A stretch of 64,000 nucleotides of DNA from Pristiophorus japonicus (Eukaryota), in NCBI RefSeq assembly GCF_044704955.1, contig NW_027253183.1, forward strand, positions 558,001-622,000, read 5' to 3'. Positions within the stretch are counted from its first letter, which is position 1, and every line of letters starts with the position of its first letter. Positions 50,216-63,350 of this stretch are shown piece after piece. Made by a program: the position numbers and the translations under genes. The notes below the pieces were generated by a model, which saw only the letters and a list, made by a program, of their open reading frames with translations, ran no database searches and was not told the origin of the DNA.

Positions 50216-53200
50216 TATTATAAAGAGTCTGACTGGATACTGTGAGCTCAAAGTAAAGTGTGACCTTAGTCTTTTATTGCAGGTCTCCAGTGTGCATCTC
50301 CGGCCTGTTCGGCTTCCTTAAGTACCTGTGCTCCCAAGGGATTGTGGGATCCCTTGGGACTCCAGGAGATGAGCCCTCTGGTGGTTGTACGAGGTATATA
50401 CAAGTTCACATATATCACAACACTCTTTCTCCCCTCCCGCCCCCCCATAGTCAACATTGTAACTATTTACAAGGTGAGTCGATCTGGGGCCTTACTTTCC
50501 CTGGTTGATCGTGTCGGTACAAATGCTGGTTTTGGTGAATCGTTTGTTGGGCCCTCGCTGGGCTGCTGTGCAGTTGGCCTTGCTGGGCTGCCTGGTGTGG
50601 TGAGTCCTGCTGGGCTGCTGCGGGTGATGGGTTCTGCTTCGTGGCCAACCGCGGTGTCGGTCGTCGCTGGTGTGTATGTTGGGGGTCAAAGAAGGTAGGG
50701 TCCAAGGTGGATTGCTCGGGATAGTCCGTGAATCTGAGTTTGATTTGGTCCAAGTGTTTCCGGTGAATGAGTCCATTGTAAAGTTTGACCCAAAACACCC
50801 TGCTCCCCTCTTTGGCCACAATGGTGCCAGGAAGCCACTTGGAAACTTGTCCATAATTCAATACAAACACAGGATCATTGATTTCAATTTCGCGTGACAC
50901 ATTTGCGCTGTCATGATATGCACTTTGTTGAAGCCGGCTGCTCTCTACCTGTTCATGTAGATCAGGGTGAACTAACGAGAGCCTTGTCTTTTCATGAGCA
51001 GTTCAGCAGGTGGGATCCCAGTGAGCGAGTGGGGTCTCGTGCGGTAGCTAAGCAGGACTCGGGATAGGCGAGTCTGCAGTGAGCCTTCAGTTACCCTCTT
51101 CAAACCCTGCCTGATGGTTTGCACTGCTCGCTCTGCCTGACCATTGGATGCTGGTTTGAACGGGGCAGATGTAACATGTTTAATCCTGTTACGGGTCATG
51201 AACTCTTTGAACTCGGCACTGGTAAAACATGGCCCGTTGTCGCTCACAAGGACATCAGGTAGTCCGTGCGTGGCAAACATGGCCCGCAGGCTTTCAGTGG
51301 TATCTCACATTCAATCCGTTTGGAGTACGCATCTACAACCACAAGGAACATCTTACCCAAAAACGGGCCTGCATAGTCGACATGGAACCTGGACCACGGT
51401 TTGGAGGGCCAAGACCATAAACTTAGTGGTGCCTCCCTGGGGGCATTGCTTAACTGTGAGCATGTGTTACATTTGTGCACACAGGACTCTTAAGTCCGCA
51501 TCGATACCGGGCCACCACACGTGGGATCTGGCTATCGCTTTTATCATTACGATGCCTGGATGGGTACTGTGGAAGTCACTGCTGAAAGTGTGTCTGCCTT
51601 TTTTGGGGACCACTACCCGATTGCCCCACAGAAGGCAGTCTGCCTGTTTAGACATTTCATCTTTGCGCCGCTGGTGCGGCTTTATCTCTTCCTGCATTTC
51701 CACTGGGACACTGGACCAGTTCCCGTGAAGCACACAATTTTTTACTAGGGACAGTAAGGGGTCATGGCTTGTCCAGGTTCTAATCTGTCGGGCTGTGACT
51801 ATTGTTCACTCTCGAATGCTTCCATAACCATGACTAAATCTGTGGGCTGAGCCATTTCCACCCCGTGGTGGGCAACGGCAGCCTACTGAGAGCATCGGTA
51901 CAATTTTCTGTGCCTGGCCTGTGGCGGATGGCGTAGTTGTGAGCGCGCATCTCTGGATGCGGGCTCATGCATTCGTATTTATCCCCTTACTCTCGGAAAA
52001 CAGGGATATTAGTGGCTTATGATCAGTTTCCAATTCAAATTTTAGCCCAAACAGATATTGATGCATTTTCTTTACCCCATAAACACACGCTAACGTTTCC
52101 TTTTCAGTCATGTTGTAGGCGCTCTCAGCCTTAGACAGACTTCTGGATGCATAAGCAACTGGTTGCAATTTCCCAAAATCATTAGCTTGTTGCAATACAC
52201 ACCCGACACCATACGACGACACATCACATGTTAGTACCAAACGCTTACATGGATCATACGACACAAGCAATTTGTTTGAGCATAACAATCTTCTAGCTTT
52301 TACAAAGGCATTTTCTTGGCTTTTTCCCCATACCCATTCATCTCCTTTATACAGTAAGGTGTGCAGTGGTTCTAACAGTGTGCTGAGACCTGGTAAGAAG
52401 TTACCAAAATAGTTCAGGAGTCCTAGACACGACCACAGCTCCGTCACGTTCTGTGGCCTCAGTGCGTTCTCGATTGCCTCCGTCTTCGAATCGGTGGGCC
52501 TGATGCCGTCTGTCGCGATTCTTTTCCCCAGGAACTCCACTTCAGGCACCGGGAAAATGCACTTTGAGCGTTTTAACCTGAGCCCCATGCGGTTGAGTCG
52601 ACTAAGAACCTCCAGGTTCTGCAGATGCCCACTTGTGTCCTGACCTGTACCCAAGATGTCGTCCTGGAAAACCACTGTGCATGGGACCGAATTCAGTAAG
52701 CTTTCCATGTTTCTCTGGAATATCGCCGCCGCTGATCGAATTCCAAACGGACATCTGTTGTAAATGAAGAGACCTTTGTGCGTGTTGATGCAGGTGAGGC
52801 CCTTTGATGATTCCTCCAGCTCCTGCATCATGTAGGCTGAGGTCAACTCCAGCTTCATGAACGTCTTTCCTCCTGCCAGCATAGCAAAATGGTCATCAGC
52901 CTTTGGTAGTGGGTATTGATCCTGCAGGGAGAAACGATTGAAAGTTACTTTGTAATCACCACAGATTCTGACGGTGCCGTCTTCCTTGAGGATTGGAACA
53001 ATCGGACTGGCCCAATCATTGAATTCAATCGGCGAAATTATGCCCTCTCTTTGCAGCCGGTCCAGCTCGATCTCTATCCTTTCATCATGTACGGTACTGC
53101 TCTCGCCTTGTGATGGATGGGTCGCGCCCCCGGAATTAGGTGGATCTGCACTTTTGCTCCTTGAACTTCCCGATGCCTGGTTCGAACAGCGAAGGGAACT

Positions 53201-54705
53201 TGTTTAAGACCTGGGCACACGAAGTGTCATCAGCGGACAAGAGCACTCGGACGTCGTCCCAGTTCCAGCGTATCTTTCCCAGCCAGCTCCTGCTGAGCAG
53301 CGTGGGACCATCGCCCGGTACAACCCAAAGTGGTAGGTTGTGCACCACTCCATCATAGGAGATCTTTACTGTAGCACTGCCGATTACTTGAATCAGTTCC
53401 TTTGGATAAGTTCTCAGTTTCGTGCGAATGGGAGTCAAGACTGGCCTTGAGGCCTTGCTGCACCACAATTTTTCTAAAGTCTTTTTGCTCATAATGGACT
53501 GGCTCATGCTCGTGTCCAACTCCATTGACACCGGGAGTCCTTTAGTTCAACCTTCAGCATTATCGGGGGACACATTGTGGTAAAAGTGTACACCCCATAT
53601 ACCTCTGCCTCCTCGGTCTGAGGCTCTGGTTCGTCGTGATCTGCCCTCCTCTGCAACATGGTGGTTTGCAGGATTAACAGGGTTTGCAACTTGCCTACAC
53701 TTACATTGGAGGTGTCCCATTGTTCCACAGCCCTTACAAACGTACCCTTTGAAGTGGCATGAATGGAAACGATGATCACCTCCGCAGCGCCAACAAGGTG
53801 TTAATGGCCTTGCATTCATTACCCTTGATGGTGGACTCAGAGACATCTGCGGATGTGCAGCTGCAGGCATGTGGGGCCTGCCCTGTACGTTGCGATTTGA
53901 AAACAACATTACTTTGTTCACAGTACTTGTAGCAGCACTCGTGTGCTGAGAGATTTGCTTAGTATTGTCACTGGTGGCAATGAACACCTGGACTAACGCT
54001 ATGGCCTTACTCAAGGTTGGGGTCTCCACAGTCAAAAGTTTGCGAAGTATCACTTCATATCACTTGTATCACTTCAAGTCTCTGAGCATGTGCTCCAAAT
54101 GTCCTTCAAATTCACAATGTCCTGCAAGGCGTCTTAGCTCGGCAACATAACTCGCTACTTCCTGGCCTTCAGACCTTTTGTAGGTGTAGAACCGGTACCT
54201 CGCCATCAGAACGTTTTCATTCGGGTTCAGATGCTTCCGGACCAATGTGCATAAATCATCATACAATTTCTCTGTGGGTTTCGCTGGAGCAAGCAGATTT
54301 TTCATGAGGCCATACGTTGGTGCCCCGCAAACAGTGAGGAGAATTGCTCTTCGTTTGGCAGTGTTCGCTTCTCCTTCCAGCTCGTTGGCCACGAAATATT
54401 GGTCGAGTCGCTCCACGGAGGTTTCCCAATCATCTCCCTCCGAGAATTTCTACAGGGTGCCCACTGTTGCTGGCATCATTGGGTTTGTCATCTGTAACTC
54501 GTCGCCAGTTATTATGTATGAATAAAGAGTCTGACTGGTTACTGTGAGCTCAAAGTAAAGTGTGACCGTAGTCTTTTATTGCAGGTCTCCAGCGTGCCTC
54601 TCCAGCCTGTGAGGCCCCCTTAAGTGATTGTGGGATCCTTTGGGACTCCAGGGGATGAGCCCTCTGGTGGTTGTACAAGGTATATACAAGTTTACATATA
54701 TAACA
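50216..54705 (-). mobile_element. Full-length but decayed Gypsy (Mag-like) LTR retrotransposon
   Basis: LTRs 54510-54705 and 50216-50419; PBS TGGCGACGAG; purine tract at ~50420-50447; gag CCHC, protease LDTS, RT FQDD, RNase H ETDHKPL, integrase VSDNGP; TSD GAGGA/GAGGG. Confidence 0.95.
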
Positions 54706-55027
54706 GAGGGGAAGAAAACTAATCACTGTGGAATAGAATGAAGATATGTGCATCGATTCAGCGATGGTGAGCTCTCAGAGGATCCGTGCTCCTGGAGTGG
54801 ACCTTGCTAAATTGAGAGAATAGGAAGGAGCTTTTGATCATCTTCTCCAATCGCTCCTCCTTTGGCTTGACACCTGCTTCCCTCACACCTCTGTTAAGCG
54901 CCATGAAATATTTTTCTGCGGTAAGGGACTGTTAAAGGCAAGTTGTTCTTGGCCCAGCCTGTGCTGGATACAGCACAGCACCACAGACTGGGCTCACTGC
55001 AGCAACATCCATGAAAGTCTGAGTAAA

Positions 55028-55603
55028 TAGAAATGGTGTTTTCCTCTTTCTGGGTGTGGCTGCTTTTAATTTAGTTTGTGGTGATATGCTGTGTAATTTC
55101 CTCCGAATTATCCGTCATTTTGGGGCGATTGAGTAAATTGAGTTCTTGGGCGACAGCCTCAAACCTGTTGCTACAAAACTGCCCGAGTTATATTCCCAAA
55201 AAAGCACCAGACCCCTTTATCGTCTGTCAGGAGCCCACCTGTCTGATGGGAATGGCTTACTCCCCTGACCCATTTTCCCAAAGCTCTGCCCCAAGTTCTT
55301 CTCCTTACTATGTAAGTTATAGTACGAGATGCAAGAAGGTATTCCTGAGATGGATAGAGTATCGAGGAGGCCATGTAATGTGCAGCTGTTGAAGATTGCC
55401 ATTACTTTGCCGGTAGATTGGCGTCTTTAATACTCCAGTGCTTCAGTCTGGACTTTTGCTATTAATTTTACTAATCTCTGCTCACATCACTACCTTGCAT
55501 TGGGGACATGAACTTCCCAGTGGAATCCTATTATGGTATCGCGAAGGATATGGAAAAGGGGCTAGATTGGAGGTGATCATAGTCAGCGTGATTCTTCCCT
55601 ACA
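55028..55603 (+). other. Duplicated non-TE block (copy C), paralog of 21011-21642
   Basis: See copy B. Confidence 0.85.
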
Positions 55604-55775
55604 AATCAAGAAAGTCGTCATTGAACTTTTCCACCACCAGAGCCTCAGAAAGCTGCCCCTTGCATTCATGGCTCACGGCTCCAGTAAGGCTTCTGGAGGC
55701 TGGGGAATGGGTGGGCAACAGATACAGATACACCACAGTACCCATGCCACTGCACAAAGTGTCACAGAGCAGACT

Positions 55776-56704
55776 GAGTGTAATGTAGCCAAGTTTGCTG
55801 ATGATACAAAGATGGGTGGGAAAGCAAGTTGTGCGGAGGACATGAAGAATCTGCAAAGGGATATAGACAGGCTAAGTGAGTGGGCAAAAATTTGGCCGAT
55901 GGAGTATAATGTGGGAAAGTGTGAGGCAGGAAAAATACAAAAGCAAATTATGATTTAAATGGAGAGAGATTACAAAATGTTGCAGTACAGAGAGACCTGG
56001 GGATCCTTGTGCATGAAACACAAAAAGTGAGTATGCAGGTTACAGCAAGTGATCAGGAAGGCAAATGGGATGTTGGCCTTTATTTCAAGGGGGATAGAGT
56101 ATAAAAGCAGAGAAGTCCTGCTACAACTGTACAGGGCGTTGGTGAGGCCACACCTGGAGTACTGCATCTAGTTTTGGTCTCCTTATTTAAGGAAGGATAT
56201 ACTTGGATTGGAGGCAGTTCAGAGAAGGTTCACTAGGTTGATTCCGGAGATGAAGGGGTTGACCCATGAAGAAAGGCTGGGCCTATACACATTGGAGTTC
56301 AGAAGAATGAGAGGTGATCTTATTGAAACATCTAAGATACTGAGGGGGCTCAACAAGTCTGATGCAGAGAGGATGTTTTCACTCGTGGGGGAAATCGCGA
56401 ACTTGGGGGCATAATTTAAGAATAAGGGGTCGCCCATTTAGAACTGAGATGAGGAGGAATTTCTTCCCTGAAGGTTGTAAATCTGTGGAATTCTCTGCCC
56501 CAGAGAACTGTGGAGGCTGGGTCATTGAATATATTTAAGGTGGAAATCGACAGATTTTTGAATGATAAGGGAGTGAAGGGTTATGGGGAGCGGGCAGAGA
56601 AGTGGAGCTGAGCCCAAGATCAGATCAGCCATGATCATATTAAATAGCGGAGCAGGCTCGAGGGGCCAAATGGCCTACTCCTGCTCCTATTTCTTATGTT
56701 CTTA
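55776..56704 (+). mobile_element. CR1 LINE 3' part
   Basis: KFADDTKMGG, VQRRFTRLIP; tail TTCTTATGTTCTTA. Confidence 0.9.
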
Positions 56705-57639
56705 ATTCTCAAATCCCATTTTAGGTGCTAGATAAATCCAGTGGAGACCTACAGTGTAACCAAGAATCAATACATCCTAGTCTCCAGAATCATTCGAGTT
56801 TGCTGTGTTCTGCATAATATCACAATGAGAAAAGGTTTGTTGCTTCAGGAAGCTGAATGATTGGGTGGAAGAACCTGGTTGTATGTCTAAACTATCGTAG
56901 GCCATCTGAGGCAGAGCAGACAATATGAAGGGCAGGTGAGTGGTGAGGCCAATTTCTCTTCTTTGAGTACATGCTGCGATGTAGAGGTACACTGACGCTT
57001 TAAATGAAGTGTCCAAGAAGACTAACAGTAGCCCACATGGCAGGCAATGTGAGTTGCCAGAGTGGTTTTGAGTAATTGATTCATTGCAGGGGTTATCCCA
57101 TGTAGAAGTGAGATCCTCTGCTATCCAGCTGCTGAGAGGGCAGGAGAACGATAAATAGCAGTGGACTCACACTGGTGGGCAGCATTCCTCCTGTGCTGCC
57201 CTCCTCTGGTCTGGGCCCGCTGTGTTGTCCCGCTGGGCTACACCTCTGGCACCCTCCAATGCACCCTCCCTCACTCAGTACTGTCAATCCTACTCCAGTC
57301 ACATCGCTCCTCACCCTCACATAAAATAACTTTCATCAGCACCAATCGGACAAGTTCACGCACCTCCTCTCATCCTCACTCCCTTAACAAGCTCACCTCC
57401 CCCTTCCTCTGGTCCTGGCCCTCTCCCTGGCATTCTGCGCACTCTTCATCCTGCAGACCTGTGAGGAATGTGTGCATCTGATGGATGCAGTGCAAGGTGA
57501 GAATCAGGCAGATGCATAAGGAGTGGGAATGGCATGCCTTTGAGGAACATGGTCACGGTGCCACCTCAGGATGTGTAATGAGAGTGGGTGGAGGCGAGTG
57601 AGGTCAGATGAATTGAGGATTGTAGTTGCTGGCAGTGGT

Positions 57640-59719
57640 GCACATTAACACAGGTTTCTTACATGGGTCATATAGCGTTAACAGATTATTGGAACAGAAC
57701 AAATTGCATGCTCTATTAAAAGCCCTTTCCTGGCTGTCCCCCCAGACCCATTTGCGACCTTTGCGTAGGAGCACGTGTAGCGGCTCTAGCAGCCTGCTCA
57801 ATTTGGGAAGAAAGTTACCAAAATAGTTCAGGAGCCCCAGGAACGAACGCAGCTCCGTCGTGTTACGGGGTCTGGGTGCTCTCTGCATCGCTTCCGTCTT
57901 GGACGCAGTAGGGCTGATCCCGTCTGCTGCTACCCTCACCCCCAGGAATTCTGCATCTGGAGCTAGGAAGACGCACTTCGCCTTTTTCAGTCGCAGCCCT
58001 ACCCGGTCCAGTCTGCGTAGCACCTCCTCCAGGTTGTGGAGGTGTTCTTCAGTATCGTAACCCGTAATGAGGATGTCGTCCTGAAAAACCACCGTCCCTG
58101 GAATCGACTTGAGGCTTTCCATATTTCGTTGGAAGATCGCAGCGGCCGAGCGAATCCCGAACGGACATCTGTTGTACTCAAACAACCCCTTGTGTGTCGT
58201 GATGGTGGTCAGCTTCTTCGACTCACTCGCCAGCTCCTGGGTCATGTAAGCTGAGGTCAGGTCCAATTTTGAAAAAAGTTTGCCACCGGATAGCGTCGCA
58301 AAGAGGTCCTCCGCTCTCGGTAGCGGGTACTGGTCTTGGAGTGACACCCGATTGATGGTGGCCTTGTAATCGCCAAATATCCTGACCGACCCATCCGCCT
58401 TGAGCACCGGCACGATCGGGCTCGCCCAGTCACTGAATTCAACTGGCGAGATGATGCCTTCCCTCAGCAGGCGGTCCAATTCGCGTTCTATCTTTTCCCG
58501 CATCACGTACGGCACCGCTCTGGCCTTCTGGTGTACTGGCCTGGCGTCCGGGTTTATGTGAATCACTACCTTGGCCCCCATGAAAGTGCCAATGCCGGGT
58601 TGAAATACTGAGTCAAATTTGTCCAGGACCTGTGAGCATGATACTCGCTCCACAGAGGAAATTGCATTGACATCGTCCCATTTCCAGTTCATGACAGCAA
58701 GCCAACTCCTCCCCAGTAGTGCGGGACCGTCCCCTGGGACAATCCAGAGTGGCAGTCTGTTCTCCGAATCTTTGTGGGTCACGACTACCGTGGCGCTGCC
58801 TAGCACCGGAATGATCTGCTTTGTGTAAGTCCGTAGTTGTGCGTCAATCGGCGATAATTTTGACCTCCTGGCCTTGGACGCCCACAACTTTTCGAACTGT
58901 TTGATACCCATCAGGGGCTGGCTGGCCCCCGTGTCTAACTCCATTGATACTGGGATGCCATTGAGGAGCACTTTCCTCATTATCGGTGGTGTCCTGGTGT
59001 ATGAACTGTATACGTGCTCCACATGAACTCGCTGAACTTCAACTTCCAGCGATTTCCCCCAGCGTTCATTTCTGCAATTTCTGCAGGTATTCTGCTCACC
59101 TCTGCAAACTCCGGCTGAGTGTGTGCCTCCACGCCCAGCATGAGCTGTGGTTTGGAACAAAAGGTCCCTTGCCAGTCGATCGTCCCTGACTGCCCCTGTT
59201 ATTGCCCTTGATTGTGCCATTAACAGGTGTTGATGGCCCCATTACTGGCCGCATTGTCCCTTGCAATGGCGTGAATTGCCGTTCAGCTTGCCATTGTCTC
59301 TGTCGAACTCCCCCTCTGGGTTCGACAACATGTTGGGGCATGCCCGACTGCCCTTGTCTGCCTGGAGAACAGTGTGCTGCTTTAACAATGTTGAATCTCT
59401 CTCCCAACCATTCCTTAACACAGTACCTCTCGTCTGTTCTGCTAGTGGCCATGCTCGCGTGGTTTAAATCCCAGTTTCTTGTTGCTATTGGCACGTCCTT
59501 ACTATACAGTATAAATGCATACGAGGCCCATGCTTGAGAGGTCAGTCTGTGACCTGTCCTTTATTCCTTAGCACTCAAGTGCAGGAAGTGGGTGGAGCTT
59601 CCCCTTTTATACCTGAAGGTCCAGGTTAGGAGTGTCTCCCACCCAGTGGTCATTGTTCTCACAGTGTACAACTGAGGTCAGATTATACATGGGTTACAAT
59701 GCTGGTTGAATACATGACA
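57640..59719 (-). mobile_element. 3'-truncated Gypsy element with 5' LTR (59489-59719), partly deleted gag and open PR-RT
   Basis: 538-aa ORF with LDTGAS, WASPIVPV, YPLP, LDLTSAY, FQDD; breaks off at the start of RNase H. Confidence 0.92.
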
Positions 59720-59960
59720 GAGGTGTTGGTGACAGGGAGCTAATGTCGGTCAGCGGGTGATGGGTGAATGGGACTAGTACGAGTTAGGCTAAGGGCAGCA
59801 GAGTTTTGGATGAGTTCAAGTTTATGAAGGGTGAAGATGTGAGGCCGGCCAGGAGAGTGTTGGAATAGTTGTGTCTGTAGGGAACGTGGGAGGGTTTCAG
59901 TAGCAGATGGGCAGGGGCAGAGACGGGCGATATTACAGAAGTGGAAGAAGGTGTCTAAGT
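59720..59960 (-). mobile_element. L2 LINE fragment
   Basis: FFHFCNIARLCP, TLHKLELIQNSAA. Confidence 0.7.
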
Positions 59961-60594
59961 GTGCCCAGATCACAAGCTCACAATTTCCTCTCCCGTAAAA
60001 TTGTGAAAACACAGTAACAAGGAGGAACTCTCAAAATCATTTGTTCTTGTCCTCTCTTATCTGTGACATTTGTAACCAGACTGATTGTACTGGCTGCCTT
60101 AAATGTCACTGTGCACAGCCCAAGTGACCATCAGCAGGGGTGAATGTTATCCCCAGTTTAAAATGTATGTACACACGTCATCAAACCCACAAACAAAGCC
60201 GCTCTTTCAAAAATGGTCAATCCAAAAATAATCTGCAGTGGTTTTATTTCGAATTGACTTCCTCTTTCACTGCTTCCTTAATGATACTTCCGTAACAGGA
60301 ACAGATTTTGGTCTTTCATACACGTGATTGGCATCCAAAACCGGGCCATGAACAACCTCTTAGAAGCCGTACCACAACAGGAAAATGCCCAACCAGGGTA
60401 TTTCCTGTAAATGCTGACCTGATCTCCTATAATAAGTGGTAATGTTAAGAACGTAGGAAGAATTAGGGATGAATTATACATAATCTACAACGCACACAGG
60501 CCCTGAGGCGCAATGGGTCCGCGCCGGTGTTGATACCACACAAGCTCCTCCCACTTGAATTACCATCAGCTGTAGCTCAGTGGGTAGCACTCTC

Positions 60595-63350
60595 TCGGTG
60601 GGAGGGGCCAGGAGTGAGCAGGGACTGCTGGTTGTTTGATTAATGCTGGGGGTTGGAGTGAGTTTGTAAAAAGTTGCTGTTGGGTTTTAAGGCCATTTTG
60701 GCCCATGAACTGATGTCTGCTGAGGGACCCGGAGTGCAGGGACCCGGAGTGCTGGGCCCCTCAGAGAACAATGTTCCCAGGATGCATTTAATCAGGGGAG
60801 AAAATGTTGGGGGAAGGGAGAATAAAAGACCCAAAGATTTGGGCCGTGACCCCAGGAGATTGGGAAAAGAAAACACGGTGGTGGTGCAGTGCGAGGATAA
60901 GGAGATACGAGCTTGGGACATTATCCAGGCAGTACATGAGGACTGCGGTGAGAGAAGCTGCTTTGCCTGCCGACCAAAGCCCAATGTTGGGTTCGAGGTG
61001 ACGGTCAGTGGCTGAGAGGAGGTGGGAAGACTTTTACTGAGTTTGAAGGTTGGTGGTAAGTTCTTGGATGTATCTCTGCTGTATTCTGAAGAGGTGGTGG
61101 TCTCATTCTTAAACCTGACGGTTTATATTGAGGACCATGTGCTAATAAAAAAGTTGGAGTCGTGGGACATTAAAATTTACTCGGCAATAAAGAGGAGATA
61201 CTCTCCAGGAACGCGGGAAGCAGGTGGAACCTGTTATGTAAAGATACGGTTCCCAGAGGGGATGATGTCATTACCCTGCAACATGAAATTTGAGACAATG
61301 GAAGGACTGCAGTACTTCCGGGTACTGCATGATAACCAGGTGAAGATTTGTTGTTATTGTCTCGGACACGACCAGCTTGGAAGAAGCTGTCCAGACCTGT
61401 ACTGCTATAACTGCGGTGAATCTGGACACATTGCGCGGCGTTGCAAGGCAGAGAGCTGTGGGGTGTGTCACAAAGGCCCCACCCTCTGAGTGTGAGGCAG
61501 AAGGAAGCCCCTTGAGTGACGAGGAGATGGGAGAATGAGCAGGAGGTGTGAGTGGAGTGGCTGGAGGAACAGAGCAGGCGGAGGACACTGCCGGCGAACG
61601 GAATGAGAAAAGAGCACAAGAAGAGGCAGAAAATTGCGGAGCAGAGAACAGGACGGAGATGGTGGAAAACATACCAAGTGTGGTGGAAAAGGACAAAGAC
61701 AGCGAGGGGCAGCATTGGTCAAGGGCAGAGTCGAGCCATAATACGGCTCAGCTCACCCTAAGGAATCGGGTGTCCGTGGGGGGAGCGGAGGTGGGAGCGG
61801 GGTAAGTGTAAGTACTCCAAAGAAAGGCGGGGAGTCAGATATCCTGGGGAGCAGGAGGGGGCAAGACAAGGAGAGGGTGCAAGAGGCAGGAGTCTTAAAG
61901 GGCCAGCAGGACAATGAGTGGGGAGACAAAGAAGCCAAAAGGGAGCAAGATAGGTGAAGACGCACCATTGTCCCAGAGAGAGAAGAAACGGGGAGCAAGG
62001 GTCAGTGGTGGAGCTGAGGCCGAAGGGAGCGGCACTGTTGGAGAAACCACGATAGCAGGAAGACTGTCGAAGGGAGATAATGGCCCGAACTTGGTGCACT
62101 CACCGCCCGCTGCCACTGGGTTTAATGGGCGGTCTCCCCTCCCAGCCAGTTTGGTGGAGACCTCCTGCCGGCGGGCAGGGAAGACCGCTGGGAACTGTCC
62201 GCTGGTGTGCAACTCACGTCAGTGTCCTCCCGCCCGCCGAGCTGCCAGTTTGGTCCAGGCGGGAGTCCGCTGCAGCAGGGGGAAGGATCACCGCGTGGAG
62301 GCAGGTCTAAGCTCAACAGTAAGTACGAAGTCCCGCAAAAAAAGGTTAGTAAACTTCTTTTATTTTTATTTTCCTGCGATTCATGTGGATGGGGTCCCCT
62401 GAAGGCTTTCCAGTGTTTTTTTATTTTTTGGAAAGTTTGAATTTTATCTGTTCGCCCTCCCTGGGCCCGACTCAATCCGCGGCGGTACTTTGCCGAGGAT
62501 TGCATTTGGTGCTGAGATTGGGAGGTCCCGCCCACTGCCGCCCAGATTCATGGTGTAAATGTTTTTTTTGCTGCCGAGCGATATTTCCAGGACTTTTCCA
62601 CCAAATTCCGGCCCAAAGTACCGTCAGGTATCTCAGCGGTCCATTGGGTGGAACTTGGGCAGAACTTAGCTTCCACAAGTTCGGGGCCGATGTATCTGAC
62701 GGGGAGCAGGGACGGGAGATTACAGAAGAGCTCGAGAGTGAGGAGTCAGGGGGATGGAGATATGGAAGTGGGGGGTGGGGTGCCATTATGTGCAAAGGGA
62801 AAGGTTAGTGAGGGGCAGAAGGAGGGAGAAGGGGCAGCTCCTCGGCCTAAACCGATTGTAAGGAAGAGGCTGAAATGGCAGGGAAGGTTCAAACAGGAGG
62901 TGAAAAGGAGCCGGAGGCTGCAGGAGAAAGCAACAGCTGCCCCAAAAGTTGAGAAGCAGCTTGAGAGAAGGGAAGAGCCAGAGATTAAATGATGGGGATT
63001 ATCAGGCACACTTTTATTAGGAGCCATGATACATTGGTCTCGATTAATGTGAACGGACTGAGGGGGGAGAAGAAATTGCAGCAGTTGTTGCAGCGTTTTA
63101 AAGGCACTGACCTGTTTTGTCTTTTTGGGATGAGGATATCCTAGAAAGAGTTCGGAAGGTTTGGTTATGATCATTTTTAAAGTACTATAGATTAATATAT
63201 GTTACGGGAGACAAATTAAACTTCAGGTTCTGATGTTACTGTGTGTTGGAGGAACGGCTGTGCGAGTGATGGAAAGGATTTGTATGATACAGTGGAATGA
63301 TCACGATGTTGTAAATGTTTTTAATGTTGAATAAATTATATTAAAAAAAT
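60595..63350 (+). mobile_element. Tx1/L1-clade non-LTR element, ORF1 only (ORF2 internally deleted)
   Basis: ORF1 with tandem zinc knuckles (CYNCGESGHIARRC); EN start SINVNGLR..DLFCL at ~63040; AATAAA and A tail; perfect 15-bp TSD. Confidence 0.85.
62082..62688. mobile_element. Harbinger-like MITE inserted in the Tx1-like ORF1
   Basis: TIRs GGCCCGAACTTG / CAAGTTCGGGGCC; 3-bp flanks AAT/GAT. Confidence 0.7.
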
